A stretch of DNA of 64,000 nt from Eledone cirrhosa (lineage: Eukaryota), in NCBI GenBank assembly GCA_964016885.1, contig OZ024742.1:100688001-100752000 (forward strand). Reading direction: 5' to 3'. Both the position numbers and the translations under genes were made by a program. Numbering within the stretch: the first letter of the stretch is position 1; every line of letters begins with the position of its first letter. This document shows positions 1 through 13,370 of this stretch, piece after piece. The notes beneath the pieces are model-generated. The model was given only the letters and a program-made list of their open reading frames with translations, had not been told where the DNA came from and made no database searches.

Positions 1-70
1 ATTTGAACAAACTTTCCAGTTAAATAACATCGATGACTGAGACTCAAAGAACAATAATAATAATAATAGT
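1..70 (+). mobile_element. 3' UTR and (AAT)n tail of an R4/Dong-like non-LTR retrotransposon (truncated by window edge)
   Basis: Near-exact reverse complement of 1789-1850, which is the 3' UTR of the Dong-like fragment; ends GACTCAAAGAACAATAATAATAAT. Confidence 0.7.
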
Positions 71-744
71 AAAGGAACTGATTGTCAGATCGGGCCAAAG
101 AAATAATGTTTCCCATAGTCTTTCTATTACTGATACTATCTGCTGCTGGCAACTCCTGGCAGAAAAAAAAAGTAATAATAATAATGCTATTGGATTGCTA
201 TAATGTATTGTACTATTTTCCATGTTATCTCCAGTGAGAATAAAAACAGAAACTATAAAAATACTAGTCTCCTTTCCGTCTCATCTCTGTCGGCTACTCT
301 TCGCTTTTTTTTTCATAACTGTCTGCTGTTCGGTCAAAGACGACTGACTTCTTCCCACAACAATGCTGCTGCTGTTGCTTGTTACAGCTTAATACCTTAA
401 TTGATATGAACTTATATGGATGGACTGCTACGTGCCTAGAATTACTGCCAGTTTTTACTGGTGCATCTTCTGTTTCTTGGTGTATGTATCTACTAGAGTC
501 AGTTTTGTTCAATTTTTTCGACCGCTATTGAAAACATCATTGTTCGGGTTTCTATCTCTACTATTACTTGATTCAACTGGTGTTGAATTACTTTTTCATT
601 ATTAAGTTAGTGTTTGGAGCATAACCTATTAAAGGTTCTTAGTTAAAATTATGATTGAAAGTTTTTTTACTAAATATAATCCTTTTAACACTTTCAGTAG
701 CATATTTATATTTAAATAAAATACATTTCCTATGCTTTTCATAT

Positions 745-1140
745 TTTCTTCTTCTCCTCCCACTTATTCCTGGAAGTGTCGGGGTGGGGGCAGAGTCCTC
801 AAACATGCTTTCCTGTGGGTCTTATCAGAAGCAGCCGTCTCCAGTTGATCTGGCTGGATCTCCAAATGAGATGAGATGAGCTCATGTACATTTTAAGATG
901 CTGTTGTGACTGGGTTTAGATCAGCAAAGTATTCTCTCCACCTCATGAGGATACACCTCTCTGTGTGAGAGAGTTTTATTAGGAGCTAACAGTGTTGCCC
1001 ATTGCTCCATCTCCCCTAGTAATTTACTTCTGTTGGTCCGGGGTTGCTTATTCATCCAATTGTATTGCAACTAACCATCATATCTAGTGGCCATATCGCT
1101 ATCCACCACCTGTGAACCATTTGTTCTCTGGCAGAACAGC
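745..1140 (-). mobile_element. Internally deleted RTE (Expander-like) LINE derivative with (GAA)n tail
   Basis: Minus strand reads ILMRWREYFADLNPVT (pre-RT RTE motif), then jumps to a C-terminal-like LEIQPDQLETAASDKT..CLRTLPHP and ends in GAGAAGAAG. Confidence 0.5.
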
Positions 1141-1389
1141 TCTGCTGAGAAGCTTTGCAAATAATTATGTAAATAATCAACAATTTGGAAGGGATTAGCA
1201 ATATAACTAACTTCCACATTATTTATCTGGTGTTTGGAACATAACTCAACAAATGTTCTTATTCAGAATTATGAAGGAAAGTTTTTAGATGAATATAAAA
1301 TCTTTAAAACAAGCAACTTTCTGTTGTAGGACCAAGGTTCTGGTATCAAAAAAGTTAATGACATTTTACTTCTTTCTGTGGATTTGCAT

Positions 1390-1797
1390 AATCATTAGAG
1401 CATCAGACAAAATGCGTTGCAGTATATATTTACAGCTCTTTACTTCTGACATCAAATCTCACTGAGTTCAACTTTGTTATTCTTCCTTCTGGAGTCGATA
1501 AAATATAGTACTACTCAAGTACTGGTGGTAATATAATCGGCTTTTCCCTTCCCCCAAATTGCTGGCCTTATGCCTAATGAGAAACCATTATTATTCGAGG
1601 GCGGTGGATGGCAGTATCAGTAGAGGGTCTGACGCCATGCTTTGCAGCAAAGAGTTACGGCCCTTGCCATTCTGAGTTCAAATACCACCGAGGTTAACTT
1701 TGCCTTTCATCCTTACGGGGTCGATAAAATAAAGTACCAGTAATACACTGGGATAATTGGAGGCCTTGTGCCCAAAGTAGAAACAATTATTATTATT
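1390..1797 (+). mobile_element. Two tandem tRNA-derived SINEs with (ATT)n tails (family A)
   Basis: A-box-like TGGCAGTATCAGTAG, B-box GAGTTCAAAT, central GCCTTTCATCCTTACGGGGTCGATAAAATAAAGTACCAG (resembles the Meta-type SINE domain, from memory), tail GGCCTTGTGCC..AGAAACAATTATTATT. Many copies occur in the window. Confidence 0.8.
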
Positions 1798-2036
1798 GTT
1801 CTTTGAGTCTCAGTCATTGATGTTATTTAACTGGAAAGTTTGTTGAAATGAATATCAGGCCGCTACCTGCAGCCTCAGACATTCAGGATGTATCGGAGGG
1901 TTCTTGCTGTTCCCAGAAAGCATGCCTTTTGAAGTGTTCCAAAAAGCAGGGCTGGACTAATATTCTTTAATCATCCTTGGAAACTCTTTGAGATAGTACC
2001 AAGTGCGCCTATGACAATCGGGACGACCTTGATTTC
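1789..2036 (-). mobile_element. 5'-truncated R4/Dong (Rex6-like) non-LTR retrotransposon 3' end
   Basis: Minus strand translates EIKVVPIVIGALGTISKSFQG*LKNISPALLFGTLQKACFLGTARTLRYILNV*, the typical R4/Dong REL-domain C-terminus. A short 3' UTR and (AAT)n follow, and (ATT)n flanks both sides. Confidence 0.8.
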
Positions 2037-2239
2037 ATTATTATTGTTTTTATTATTATTATTATTATTTAAGGTGATGTAAAAATGAGTGTCTATAGCC
2101 TTCACATATAGTTGAGTACAATGTAATGGATAATCAACCAATCATTGAAGAAAATGTGAGTAGAGAAGAATTTCCAAAAAGTAGCAGTTCAGGAGAGGAC
2201 AGATTAGGAAAAATGTTTAAAGTAGGGTTGTTATTGTTT

Positions 2240-2560
2240 TGGTTAAGGAGTTCATTTTGCAATCAGTATGTCCTGGATTTGATCCCAATATGTATCATCT
2301 AGGGCAAGCGTTTTTTACCATAGCCTCAGCTTGGCCCGTGCTTTGTAAATGAAATTGGGAAGAAGGTAACTGTTTGGAAGCTCATCAGATGGTCTGTACT
2401 TGTAATTCAAAGAGCCAGGCTTGTCACACACTGTGTCACTCTGAATCTCCCTGAGAATTATATTACAGTTATATGCGTCTACAGAATGCCCAACTATTTA
2501 CAGGTTAATTCCATGAGCATGCTGTTCCTTTGATCAAACACTCACACCCATCATGAAAAG
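2240..2560 (+). mobile_element. Degenerate tRNA/CORE-type SINE plus downstream repeat module
   Basis: GGTTAAGGAGTT head, GGGCAAGCGTTTTTTACCATAGCC core. Related diverged sequence at about 27710-27920, 49400-49700 and 51250-51560 (-). Confidence 0.5.
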
Positions 2561-2894
2561 CAATGAAGATCCTTTACATTGGAAATCATCTCCCACATGC
2601 CAGCAAGTAACCAGCAATACAGCAGGTACCAATGAACCATATATTTTGTTGAACATTACAAAAGAAAGGGAAAAAGACAATCTAATGAAATACTGGCCTA
2701 GAAATCAGAAAACAATCATCAGAAGATTAAAAAGAATTATGGTTTTCTCTCCATCTAGGAAACAAGAAGGAAAAGAATTCTATAAGAGTGATGTTCAAAG
2801 AAAGAAACTACTGAGTAGAGGAAACAACTTCTGTGAATAGATGAGAATTAGTAGAAACATGAATCCCTTGATCAATGAGACAATAGAATTAATG

Positions 2895-3110
2895 TGACAG
2901 TCCATCTCTGCATCTTTTTTCTTTTCTTTGTCATCTCTTTTACAAGGGTCAGCATTCTGAGGTTGGAATATTTCACCACTGTCCATGTCTGCTTTGGTTT
3001 TCCAACAGCTTCCTTCCACTTGGAAATCCTGGCACTTCTTCACTCAACGATCATCATCTACATGCATTATGTGCCAGTGCAGTCTCTTGTGCACACTACA
3101 TCTGATTCCT
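2895..3110 (-). mobile_element. Degenerate RTE LINE 3' coding fragment
   Basis: Minus strand encodes HIMHVDDDR*VKKCQDFQVEGS, homologous to HVMRMEDDRWVKKCQEIPVEG at 59970-60371. Confidence 0.65.
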
Positions 3111-3468
3111 CTGTGCTTTGTCGTACATGTGTGTTTGTGAGTATGTATACAAATATACATGTAAACATTTACATAGATACTATCATAATCTTAAGCACAC
3201 CCAAAGATCCATAAATACATTCACACAAACATCCAGTGCCTTAATCACAAGTATACATGCACATATATCCATACATGTAGGTGAACATGCTGACACACAC
3301 ACATACACAGCACAAGATGATTGCCTGGAGATTGTTTCTTATTCAACAGTTGTATTGATGTTGACATTTTTATGGCTACTTTATCTCATTCTCTCTATAT
3401 ATACACCCATATTCTACAAGCTTACACATACACACAATATATATATATATATACAACCACATTATCTT

Positions 3469-3512
<44 letters not shown>

Positions 3513-3562
3513 ATGTTCCACACACATATATACACAATATATGTAGCTGCTTTATCTCATTC

Positions 3563-3607
<45 letters not shown>

Positions 3608-4205
3608 TCACATTCCATACACACATACAAACTACTACTACCACCACTTACAATGGAGTATGACTTTGTAGTATACATGATACTTTCACTAAGAGTTTTA
3701 GGTGCTCTTGCAGTTGAGAATAGATACAGACACTCTCTGAATCCAACTGTCTTTGATTCAGCAGAACAACCAGGATTTGGCAGCTGGAAGGAAAGAGGGT
3801 TGCACCAGAACTGGGTTAGTACTTTCTTTATCAACCCTGAAAGGAAAACAAACAAAGTGGAGCTTAGCAGGATTTAAACTCAGAGATTCAGAACTAATAT
3901 CCAATGTTCTAATGACACTCCCAAATAAACCACCTACACACAGACACATACACATACCCACACAGACACACACACACACACATTCACACAGACAGACACA
4001 CACATTTAGGTCTAATATGTTTTATACTCACATTTTTTTCTTTGCCATCCTCAAACAACTGATAGAAGGTAGAGCGGGTCTTCCCTCCATTTCTCATACT
4101 TTTAATAGCCTTCACAAATCAGACAAATCAGGAAACTCAACCCTCTGCTGTTTCTGTTACTATTGACATCGAGATATATATAAAAATAATGGAAAGGGCC
4201 TTTAA

Positions 4206-4600
4206 CCCTTTAGCATTTAAACCGGCCATATCCAGATCAGAATTCTCTCATCTGTTTCTGCTCAAACTGGCCATAACCAGCCACTCATACTGATATAAAG
4301 GTTTTGTTCTCAAAATTAATTGTTTCTACTTTAGGTACAAGGCCAGCAATTACCCAGTGCATTACTGGTACTTTATTTTATCGACCCCGTAAGGATGAAA
4401 GGCAAAGTCAACCTCGGCGGTATTTGAACTCAGATCGTAAAGGGACGTAACTATGCTGGGAAGCATGGTGTCTGACCCTCTACCGATACTGCCAATAATA
4501 ATATCAAAATCTCATAGATACAATATTATGTGAGATATTATGTAAAGCCTTTACCATGAAAATATAATAGTATATATAGAGTAATGTAAATGCTAAAGGG
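4206..4600. mobile_element. piggyBac-type MITE carrying a nested family-A SINE (about 4319-4500, minus)
   Basis: TIR CCCTTTAGCATTTA / TAAATGCTAAAGGG with TTAA on both sides (4202-4205, 4601-4604). SINE-free copies at 25730-25950 and 28356-28577. Confidence 0.85.
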
Positions 4601-4728
4601 TTAATTCAAGTCATATGGAAAATCATCCGGACAGAATTTCTTAGAGATTTTAAGTATAGCCCTTTAACTATGTTAATATTATAGAAATATATGATACAAT
4701 CATACAAAGGTAAAGCAGTTTGCACTAT

Positions 4729-4796
<68 letters not shown>

Positions 4797-4939
4797 TACT
4801 TGGTATATTTTGGGTAGAGTTAATCAACTGACATTAGTGTATGCAAGGTAGAACACTCAACAAAGCATACATGTAGGTCTGTGTACTCTGAAGTATTGGT
4901 ATAACACTAAAGTAGAAGTTGGTAAGTTAGAGATTATCA

Positions 4940-5043
4940 CATTTATTTATTACACAATTGCTGTTATACATATTTCGATGGTAACCGTTATATAGCAGTT
5001 ACCATCGAAATATGTATAACAGCAATTGTGTAATAAATAAATG
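4940..5043. repeat. 104-bp near-perfect palindrome built from the 3' half of a hammerhead-like motif
   Basis: Perfect 46-bp arms (4940-4985 / 4998-5043) and two mismatches in the centre. Each arm carries CGAAAT-ATGT-ATA-ACAGC followed by AATAAA. Confidence 0.9.
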
Positions 5044-5299
5044 AGGTAAACTCTTACTGGCTTCTACTTCTTTGATATATATACATATATATATTGGAAG
5101 AAAATGCACAATGGAACGTGAGATTAGATAGTGGAAATGTACAGGAACAATGAAACCAATCATATATGAAAGCAAATAACTTGTCATCGGCTGCTTATCA
5201 GGTATTATTATGGTTTTAACACCTTTAAACAGGAACATATTGTCCTGGTTATGTCTGCAACGTTAAGGCTGCTTGGGAATCATACAATATTATGACATA

Positions 5300-5364
5300 T
5301 AGGTATGTGTGTGTGTATATATATATATATATACGCACACATATTTATATATATATATATATAG

Positions 5365-5416
<52 letters not shown>

Positions 5417-5421
5417 GTATA

Positions 5422-5505
<84 letters not shown>

Positions 5506-5937
5506 TATATATATGCGTATTTATATATATATATATATATATATTTATACATATATATACATACACACAAACACAGACATATATGTCAGATAATGGCAGC
5601 AATTATATTTTGACACAATTAGGTGACTTGGCCTACAACAGTTTTATCTGGGGACCCCACTAGGATTCATTAAGGTTTTACTTCCTCCTCTAACACCACC
5701 ATCACCACTAACACCACCACCTTCCTCTTACCTATGTGGGCCACCTTCCATTAAATCTCTCTTTAACTTAATAATAATTCCATTATATCTAATATCTCCT
5801 TTACTCACCCTACTTGTCAACTTCACTTGTTGAAATATCTTCAACTAAATTATTACTATCGTATCTATCTGTCTGTCTGTCTATCTATTTATCTGTCTAT
5901 CTCTCTCTCTATCTATTTATCTATATTTCTATCTATC

Positions 5938-5996
<59 letters not shown>

Positions 5997-6142
5997 TTTT
6001 TTACACGTTTTTATTGTATGTAAACTTCCCCCTTTGTATTTGTCCCCTTCTTTTGTGCCCCTGTGGCTAATAAAGAAATCTATCTATCTATCTATTTATC
6101 TATCTGTCTATCTTTCTGTCTGTCTGTCTTTCTGGCTAACTG

Positions 6143-6235
<93 letters not shown>

Positions 6236-6259
6236 TTATATATATTTATATTATATATA

Positions 6260-6328
<69 letters not shown>

Positions 6329-6376
6329 TTATATATATATTATATATATTTATATATATTTATATATATTTATATA

Positions 6377-6457
<81 letters not shown>

Positions 6458-6486
6458 ATTTATATATATATATTTATATATATATA

Positions 6487-6521
<35 letters not shown>

Positions 6522-6725
6522 GAGAGACGAGGGAGGGGAGAGATAGATAGAAAAATAAATAGTCATATGATGATGATGATGATGATGATGATGATATATA
6601 TATATATGACTATTTATTTTTCTTTCTATCTCTCTCCTCCCTCTAATATATATATATAAATATATATATACATATATACATATATACATATATACATATA
6701 TATATATACATATATACATATATAC

Positions 6726-6779
<54 letters not shown>

Positions 6780-7127
6780 GTGTGTGTGTATATATATATA
6801 TAATGTGTGTTTGTGTGTGTGTTCATTCTCTCCAGCTAACCTCTGATATTTAAACCCACCCTGCCATTATGTAGTGTTATTAAGGAGGAGGAGGTAGTAG
6901 AGGAGAAAGGGGAAGAGGCAGCTCAATTTCCACTCCACCCCTGGAGGAGGTACAAGTGTCCACCCCACCACATTATTGTATATGACAATCAACTCTGCCC
7001 TATCTTACATATCATCTCTAATCTAACCATACAGTTTGCTGAGCTACATACATCCACACACATGTATATGTATGTGGATGTATATGTATGTATAAATACA
7101 TACACACATGCATTGATGCACACACAG

Positions 7128-7190
<63 letters not shown>

Positions 7191-7292
7191 TATATACACA
7201 CACACACATATATACATATGTATTATATATATATATATATTTACACACACACATATATACATATATATATATATACACACACAGATATATTC

Positions 7293-7323
<31 letters not shown>

Positions 7324-7330
7324 TATATTC

Positions 7331-7362
<32 letters not shown>

Positions 7363-7483
7363 TTATACACACACACATATATACATATATATATATATAT
7401 ATTTATACACACACACATATATACATATATATATGTATATGTATATATATGTGTGTGTGTGTGTGTATCCCAAGTTCAATATA

Positions 7484-7529
<46 letters not shown>

Positions 7530-7580
7530 CGCGTGTGCATATATATATACACACATACACACACACGTGTGTGTGTATGG
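5300..7580. repeat. Compound microsatellite field: (TA)n, (CA)n, (TCTA)n, (GAT)n, (ATGT)n
   Basis: Directly visible simple repeats; they generate the YIYI/THTH ORFs. Confidence 0.95.
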
Positions 7581-8062
7581 ATGGTATGATGATGTTTCCT
7601 TTGATTATGGAAATCAGTGTTGAGTCCATTACAGTGGGGTGGGGGAATAATATCTTTTGGTTCCAATGGAGCTGAATTTCCTATAAGAGATTCTAGTTAT
7701 GATGGAGCCAATTTTTTTTTCCTGTCTTTTCTAACACACCCAAGGGGCTCCAATTATGTTAGTTTCCTGCCCTATATATTTTTAATATATTTATGTTTTA
7801 ATTTCATAAATCACTCCAGTTCCAACTGTGTGTACCCCATGGTTGTTTTTCTATCAACTTTAGGAAGGACATATCTAACTAGTTGTTTGTGGCTCTATCA
7901 TCATCATCATTTAACGTCCACTTTCCTTGCTATATAAAAGGTAAACCTTTTATTCTTTTACTTGTTTCAGTCAAGAGACTACAGCCATGCTGGGAGACTC
8001 ACTGATGTATGTATGTATGTATGTATGTATGTATGTATGTATGTATGTATGTATGTATGTAT

Positions 8063-8236
8063 GTACCATGGGCCCCGCACTATGTGTCAATAATTGTCAC
8101 AAGTGTAGTGTTTGTACCAGAGTTTTCAAGTCGCTGGCTGGACTAAAAAGTCACACTCGTTCAGCGCATCGGTAGGGGTTCTCCTACATGGATATAAAGT
8201 AGTGGCCGTACTCGAAAACGAGTTGGCAGCCACCAT
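8063..8236 (+). mobile_element. 3' end of an RTE-family element encoding a C2H2 finger
   Basis: [25 protein letters not shown], then the stem-loop ACTCG-AAAA-CGAGT and GCAGCCACCATGTATG. Near-identical to the reverse complement of 45330-45502. Confidence 0.85.
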
Positions 8237-8252
8237 GTATGTATGCATGTAT

Positions 8253-11200
8253 GTGTTCAAACCTCTGAATATTGGATGCTGGAATGTAAGAACTTTGCTG
8301 GATTCCCAGTCCAGTAAAACTTGCCCTGAAAGAAGATCTGCTTTGAGGTCGAGGGAACTCGATCGCTATAGCATGGACATCGTTGCTCTTTTAGAAACGA
8401 GATTGGCCAGTGAGGGTCAATTCACAGAACAGAAGGGAGGATATACCTTCTATTGGAGTGGTGGAGCAGAGGGTTGTAGGAGAGAGGCAGGGGTCGCATT
8501 TGCAGTCAAGAATGGAATCGTCTCAAAGCTAAAACTCTTCTTTGTGGATTCAATGATCGGATAATGTCCATGAGAGTCCCTCTGATTCAAAACCGCTTTG
8601 TGACTCTGGTCAGTCAGTGTGTATGCTCCCACTATGTGTGCTAGTGATGATGAAAAACTAAGTTTCTACATGTCTTTGAGAGAGGTCATCCATGGTATAC
8701 CTTATGCAGACAAGATTGTCATCCTTGGTGATTTTAATGCACGTGTTGGTAATGACTGGGAAGCTTGGAGTGTGATGGGCAGGCATGGAGTAGGTAAGTG
8801 CAATAACAATGGCCTACTCCTGTTACAGATGTGCACTCAGATGGATCTTGTTGGGAACATGCTCCTTAAGCAGAAAGACAAATATAAGACAACTTGGATG
8901 CATCCAGGTTCCAAGAAGTGGCACCTTATTGACTTTGTTTTATCGAGAAAACGTGATATCAGGAATATCACATTGGTTTGTGTATTGTGAGGCGCGGAAT
9001 GTTGGACTGATCATTGTCTGGTGCGCATCGAGTTTCAATTTGTTGTGAAGCCCAAAGTAAGGGGGAAGAAGGTTGCACTTCCAAAACAACTAAACGTGGC
9101 TTGTCTGAAAGCAGAGAAAGTCAGAGCTGAGCTGTCGAGGTCCCTTGAGTCCATGGAATGTGAAAACACTTGGGAATCATTGAAGAAAACCATCTATGAT
9201 GTTAGTGCTGGAGTTTTGGGTCATACCAATAGAAAGCATAAAGACTGGTTTGATGAAAATGATCCAGTGATCCAGACCTTGCTTGAAGAGAAACAAAAAG
9301 TGCTGACATCATTGTTGTGTGAGACACGTTCTGACAGGAGTGACCATACCTTCAGGCAGATCAAGGCACGTGTGCAACATCGATTGAGAGCCATGCAGGA
9401 TACCTGGTGGAGCCAAAAGGCTGATGAAATCTAGAGGGCCTCAGATAGACATGATACAAAGCTCCTATACAGTCTGCTCAGGGAGGTGTATGGTCCGACA
9501 GGTTCACAAATATCACCACTTCGCTCCAGGGACGGCAAGGAATTGCTCAGAGATCCGATGACATGATCACTTTGATGAGCTTCTCAACAGACCATCAGAA
9601 ATTGATGATGAGTTCATCCGGTCGATTCCATCCAGACCTACAAAGCTGGCAATGGTTGATCCTCCTTCATTTGATGAGGTGGCGAAAGCCATTCCCAAAT
9701 TAAACAGCGGCAAGTCACCTGTAATGGATGGACTGAGTGCTGAGATTTTCAAGTGTGCTGGTGATAACTTCTTAAACCGCCTCACTGATCTCTTTGTGAA
9801 TGTTTGGAATGAAGAAGATGTGCCACAGGATTGGAAAGATGCATTGATGGTGGTACTTTACAAAGGAAAGGAAGCCAAAGATGACTGTGGTAACTACAGA
9901 GGTATTTCACTGCTATCTGTGGCTGGGAAGATCTTGTGCAGGATTTTGTTGGACAGATTGATACAGCACATTGCTGTTGAGGTACTTCCTGAGTGCCAAT
10001 GTGGCTTTAGGAATGGCAGAGGCACCGTTGACATGATCTTCTCAGCCAAATAACTTCAAGAGAAATGCATTGAGCAGCGCATGGACTTATACCAAGTTTT
10101 TGTCGATCTGACCAAGGCATTTGACACCGTTAATTGGAAGGCTTTGTGTGTTATTTTGGAGAGATTGGGCTGCCCTGAAAAGTTTGTGAACATTCTGAAA
10201 CTCTTCCACGATGACATGCAGGCATGGGTGAATGTTGGAGGTAAACTGTCTGAGCCAATCTCGGTTGAAAATGGTGTCAAGCAGGGTGATATACCTGCAC
10301 CAAGTTTGTTTTCCTTGTATTTCGTGATGGTGTTCTTCATGGCCTTCAAGGATTGCCAACACGGTATCTATCTCAGATATCGCACTTCCGGCAAGCTGTT
10401 TAACCTTAGGCGTCTCACTGCCAACACTAAGGTACTGAGTACTTTGATCAGAAAAGTTTTATATGCAGATGATTATGATCTCTTTGCACACTCCCAGAGT
10501 GACATGCAACACCTTATGGATTCTTTTTCCAATGCTTTGGGACTGACAATCAGTCTGAAGAAGACTGTCGTCATGTACCAACCTGCTCTGGATAAAGTTT
10601 TCAATGAACCCTCCATACACGTATACGGTCAAAAGCTGAAGGCTGCTGACACATTTGTGTATTTGGGGATTGTGACCTGCTCTCTGGATGCAGAAGTTGG
10701 TCTATTTGGAAGGCTCAACGACCATCTTTGGTGCAGGCGAGGAATCACAATGAGGACCAAAGTGAGAGTGTATGCTGCATGTGTACTGTCAGATTTGCTG
10801 TATGCATGTGAGACATGGGTTGCCTACAAACGGCATATCCACAGACTGGAACGGCTTCACCAGCAGTGTCTCAGAAAGATGCTCGGTATCAAGTGGCAGA
10901 TGCATGTGAGTGATGTTGAGGTCCTTGAGAGAAGTGAGTGTCGGAGCATTGAGAGTATCATCCACCAATGGCGTTTGCGATGGACCAGACACCTCTGCAG
11001 AATGGAGGATGATCGAATCCCCAAAACAACTCTTGTATGGCGAGCTTTGTGAGGGTAAGAGACAACCTCACAAACCAAAGCTCTGATTCAAGGATTGTGT
11101 AAAGGACTCATTGAAAAAAACTGGTTTGATGATGGCTGACTGGGAGATAGAAGCTCTTGAAAGAGAAACTTGGCGTGGAATGGTGAATGATGGGGTCCAT

Positions 11201-11577
11201 AATTTTGAGGACAGATGCATAGAGCACGAGAAGATCAAACGGGATGTGCGTAAGCAATGTCCTGGTGTATCTCTCGAAACGATCGATGTCTCCATTGAAT
11301 TGAAGTGCCCTGAGTGTGGAAAAATTTGCTTGAGCAAATCTGGTATCAGGAGCCACAGTCGCAGCCATGTTCAAAGAGAACCAGTGAACTATGATCTCCA
11401 CGATATTGTGAGGGTTCACAGGCAACCTGATGCAAGACCTCAAGCCAGGGAGATCCATAGTTGTCGTCAGTGTGTGAAGGAGTGCAAGTCTCTAGCAGGC
11501 TTGAAAAGCCATATCCGAGCGTCCCACATCTGAATCTGACAAGCGATTGCAATACTCTTGGCAGAGTTTGCAGCCAT
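8253..11577 (+). mobile_element. Near-full-length decayed RTE-clade LINE (AP endonuclease + reverse transcriptase + two C-terminal C2H2 fingers)
   Basis: APE motifs PLNIGCWNVRTL, DIVALLETRL, YAPT, ILGDFNARVG, HLIDFVL, TDH. RT motifs GNYRGISLL, QCGFR, FVDLTKAFD, GVKQG, LYADD, FVYLG. Fingers CPECGKICLSKSGIRSHSRSH and [22 protein letters not shown]. The single ORF is broken by stops (9432, 10051) and frameshifts; the 5' UTR is absent; (ATGT)n tail. Confidence 0.95.
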
Positions 11578-12179
11578 CATGTATGTATGTATGTATGTAC
11601 GTATATATGTATCCATGTATGTATGTATGTATGTATGTATATATATATATATATATGTATGTATTTATGTACATATATATGTATCCATGTAGGTATGTAT
11701 GTATGTATGTATATATATATATGTATGTATGTATTTATGTACATATCTATGTATCCATGTATGTATGTATGTATATATATATATATGTATATATGTATGT
11801 ATTTATGTATGTATCTATGTATCCATGTATGTATTTATGTACATATCTATGTATCCATGTATGTATGTATGTATATATATATATATGTATATATGTATGT
11901 ATGTATTTATGTATGTATCTATGTATCCATGTATGTATTTATGTATGTATCTATGTATCCATGTATGTATGTATGTATATATATATATATGTATATATGT
12001 ATGTATGTATTTATGTATGTATCTATGTATCCATGTATGTATTTATGTATGTATCTATGTATCCATGTATGTATGTATATATATATATATGTATATATGT
12101 ATGTATGTATTTATGTATGTATCTATGTATCCATGTATGTATTTATGTACATATCTATGTATCCATGTATGTATGTATG

Positions 12180-12211
<32 letters not shown>

Positions 12212-12250
12212 TGTATTTATGTATGTATCTATGTATCCATGTATATATGT
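11578..12250 (+). repeat. (ATGT)n-derived complex satellite
   Basis: Repeated blocks GTATTTATGT/ATCTATGTATCCATGTATGT starting at the LINE tail. Confidence 0.9.
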
Positions 12251-12392
12251 AGGCATAGCCATGTGGTTAAAGAATTCTCTTTGTCAATCATATCACCCTC
12301 GGTACTGATTATATTTTCATATGTGATAACTACATTTACAAGGCTTTATAAGGCCATCAATTACGTTGTTCCTTGTGATTGTTTGACATACA

Positions 12393-12439
12393 TGTTTTCT
12401 CAAGAGACCCCAATTAGGGTTGAAAATCAATTAAGAATA
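12393..12439 (+). ncRNA. Degenerate hammerhead-like fold (G5C core)
   Basis: TGTTTT-CTCAAGA-GACCC-CAATTA-GGGTT-GAAA-ATCAAT-TA-AGAATA: stems I, II and III can pair; the core differs from CUGANGA at G5. Confidence 0.35.
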
Positions 12440-12634
12440 TTCGTCCACCTTTCTTTTAATTCATAAGGAGATAAGTAACTTTGACATCTATACATATCTA
12501 TATATTCAATGTGTCATCATCATCATCATCATCATCATCATCGTTTAACGTGTGTATTTATATACAAATTTACACAATCTCGGTTACACTATACCTGTGC
12601 ACACGTATGAATTTAACACACATGCACATATATA

Positions 12635-13000
12635 TCATCATCATCATCATCGTTTAACATCCGTTTTTCCACTAGTTTGGGATTAGAAGGATTGTCTCAG
12701 TTGGGTCAAGTGACCGTGTCTTGCTCACACAGAACTGTTTCTGGCTAGGTTTCTATGACTGGATGCCCTTCCTCATGTCAACCACATTTACAGTGTGTGC
12801 TGGGTGCTTTTTGTCATGACTGCTCATGACCACTTTACAGTGTGAGCTGGGTTCCTTTTTGCCATGTTGCCATCACGACCACTTTACAGTTTGGGCTGGG
12901 TGCTTTTTTTGCCGTGCCGCCATCACGACCACTTTACAGTGTAGGGTGGGTGCTTTTTTGTCATGTTGCCATCACGACTCCTTTACAGTATGGGCTGGAG
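12635..13000 (-). mobile_element. RTE-tailed element (SINE/LINE 3' UTR) with four 48-bp internal repeats
   Basis: (GAT)n tail, GGAAGGGCATCCAG domain and four AAAAAGCACCCAGCCCACACTGTAAAGTGGTCGTG-like units on the minus strand. Confidence 0.8.
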
Positions 13001-13081
13001 GTCTCCCTTGACATATGCTACAGCCTGTCCTTGTGAGAGATGTATGATGTATGGGAGGGTGGTGCAAACTATATATATATG

Positions 13082-13154
<73 letters not shown>

Positions 13155-13155
<1 letters not shown>

Positions 13156-13370
13156 TCATCATCATCATCATCATCATCGTTTAACGTCCATCTTCCACGC
13201 TAGCATGGGTTTGGACGGGAATTTTCCCACTTGAGGCAAGATTGGTTGTCTTGCTCGTATAGGACTGTCTGGCGGGTTTTCTACGGCTGGATGCCCTTCC
13301 TAACACCAACCACGTTTACAGTGTGGACTGGGAGGTTTTTACCGTGTTACCTACACGACCACATTACAGT
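13155..13370 (-). mobile_element. RTE 3' UTR fragment
   Basis: Closely matches 33820-34035; ends GGACGTTAAACGATGATGAT. Confidence 0.8.

Noticed and set aside
3118-7675. Many long YIYI/THTH/CVCV ORFs, here and across the window
   Set aside because: They are translations of stop-free dinucleotide and tetranucleotide microsatellites with no domain content.
7987-8175. Host C2H2 zinc-finger gene exon
   Set aside because: A single finger followed by an RTE 3' stem-loop and tail; duplicated at 45330-45502 and homologous to the LINE C-terminus.
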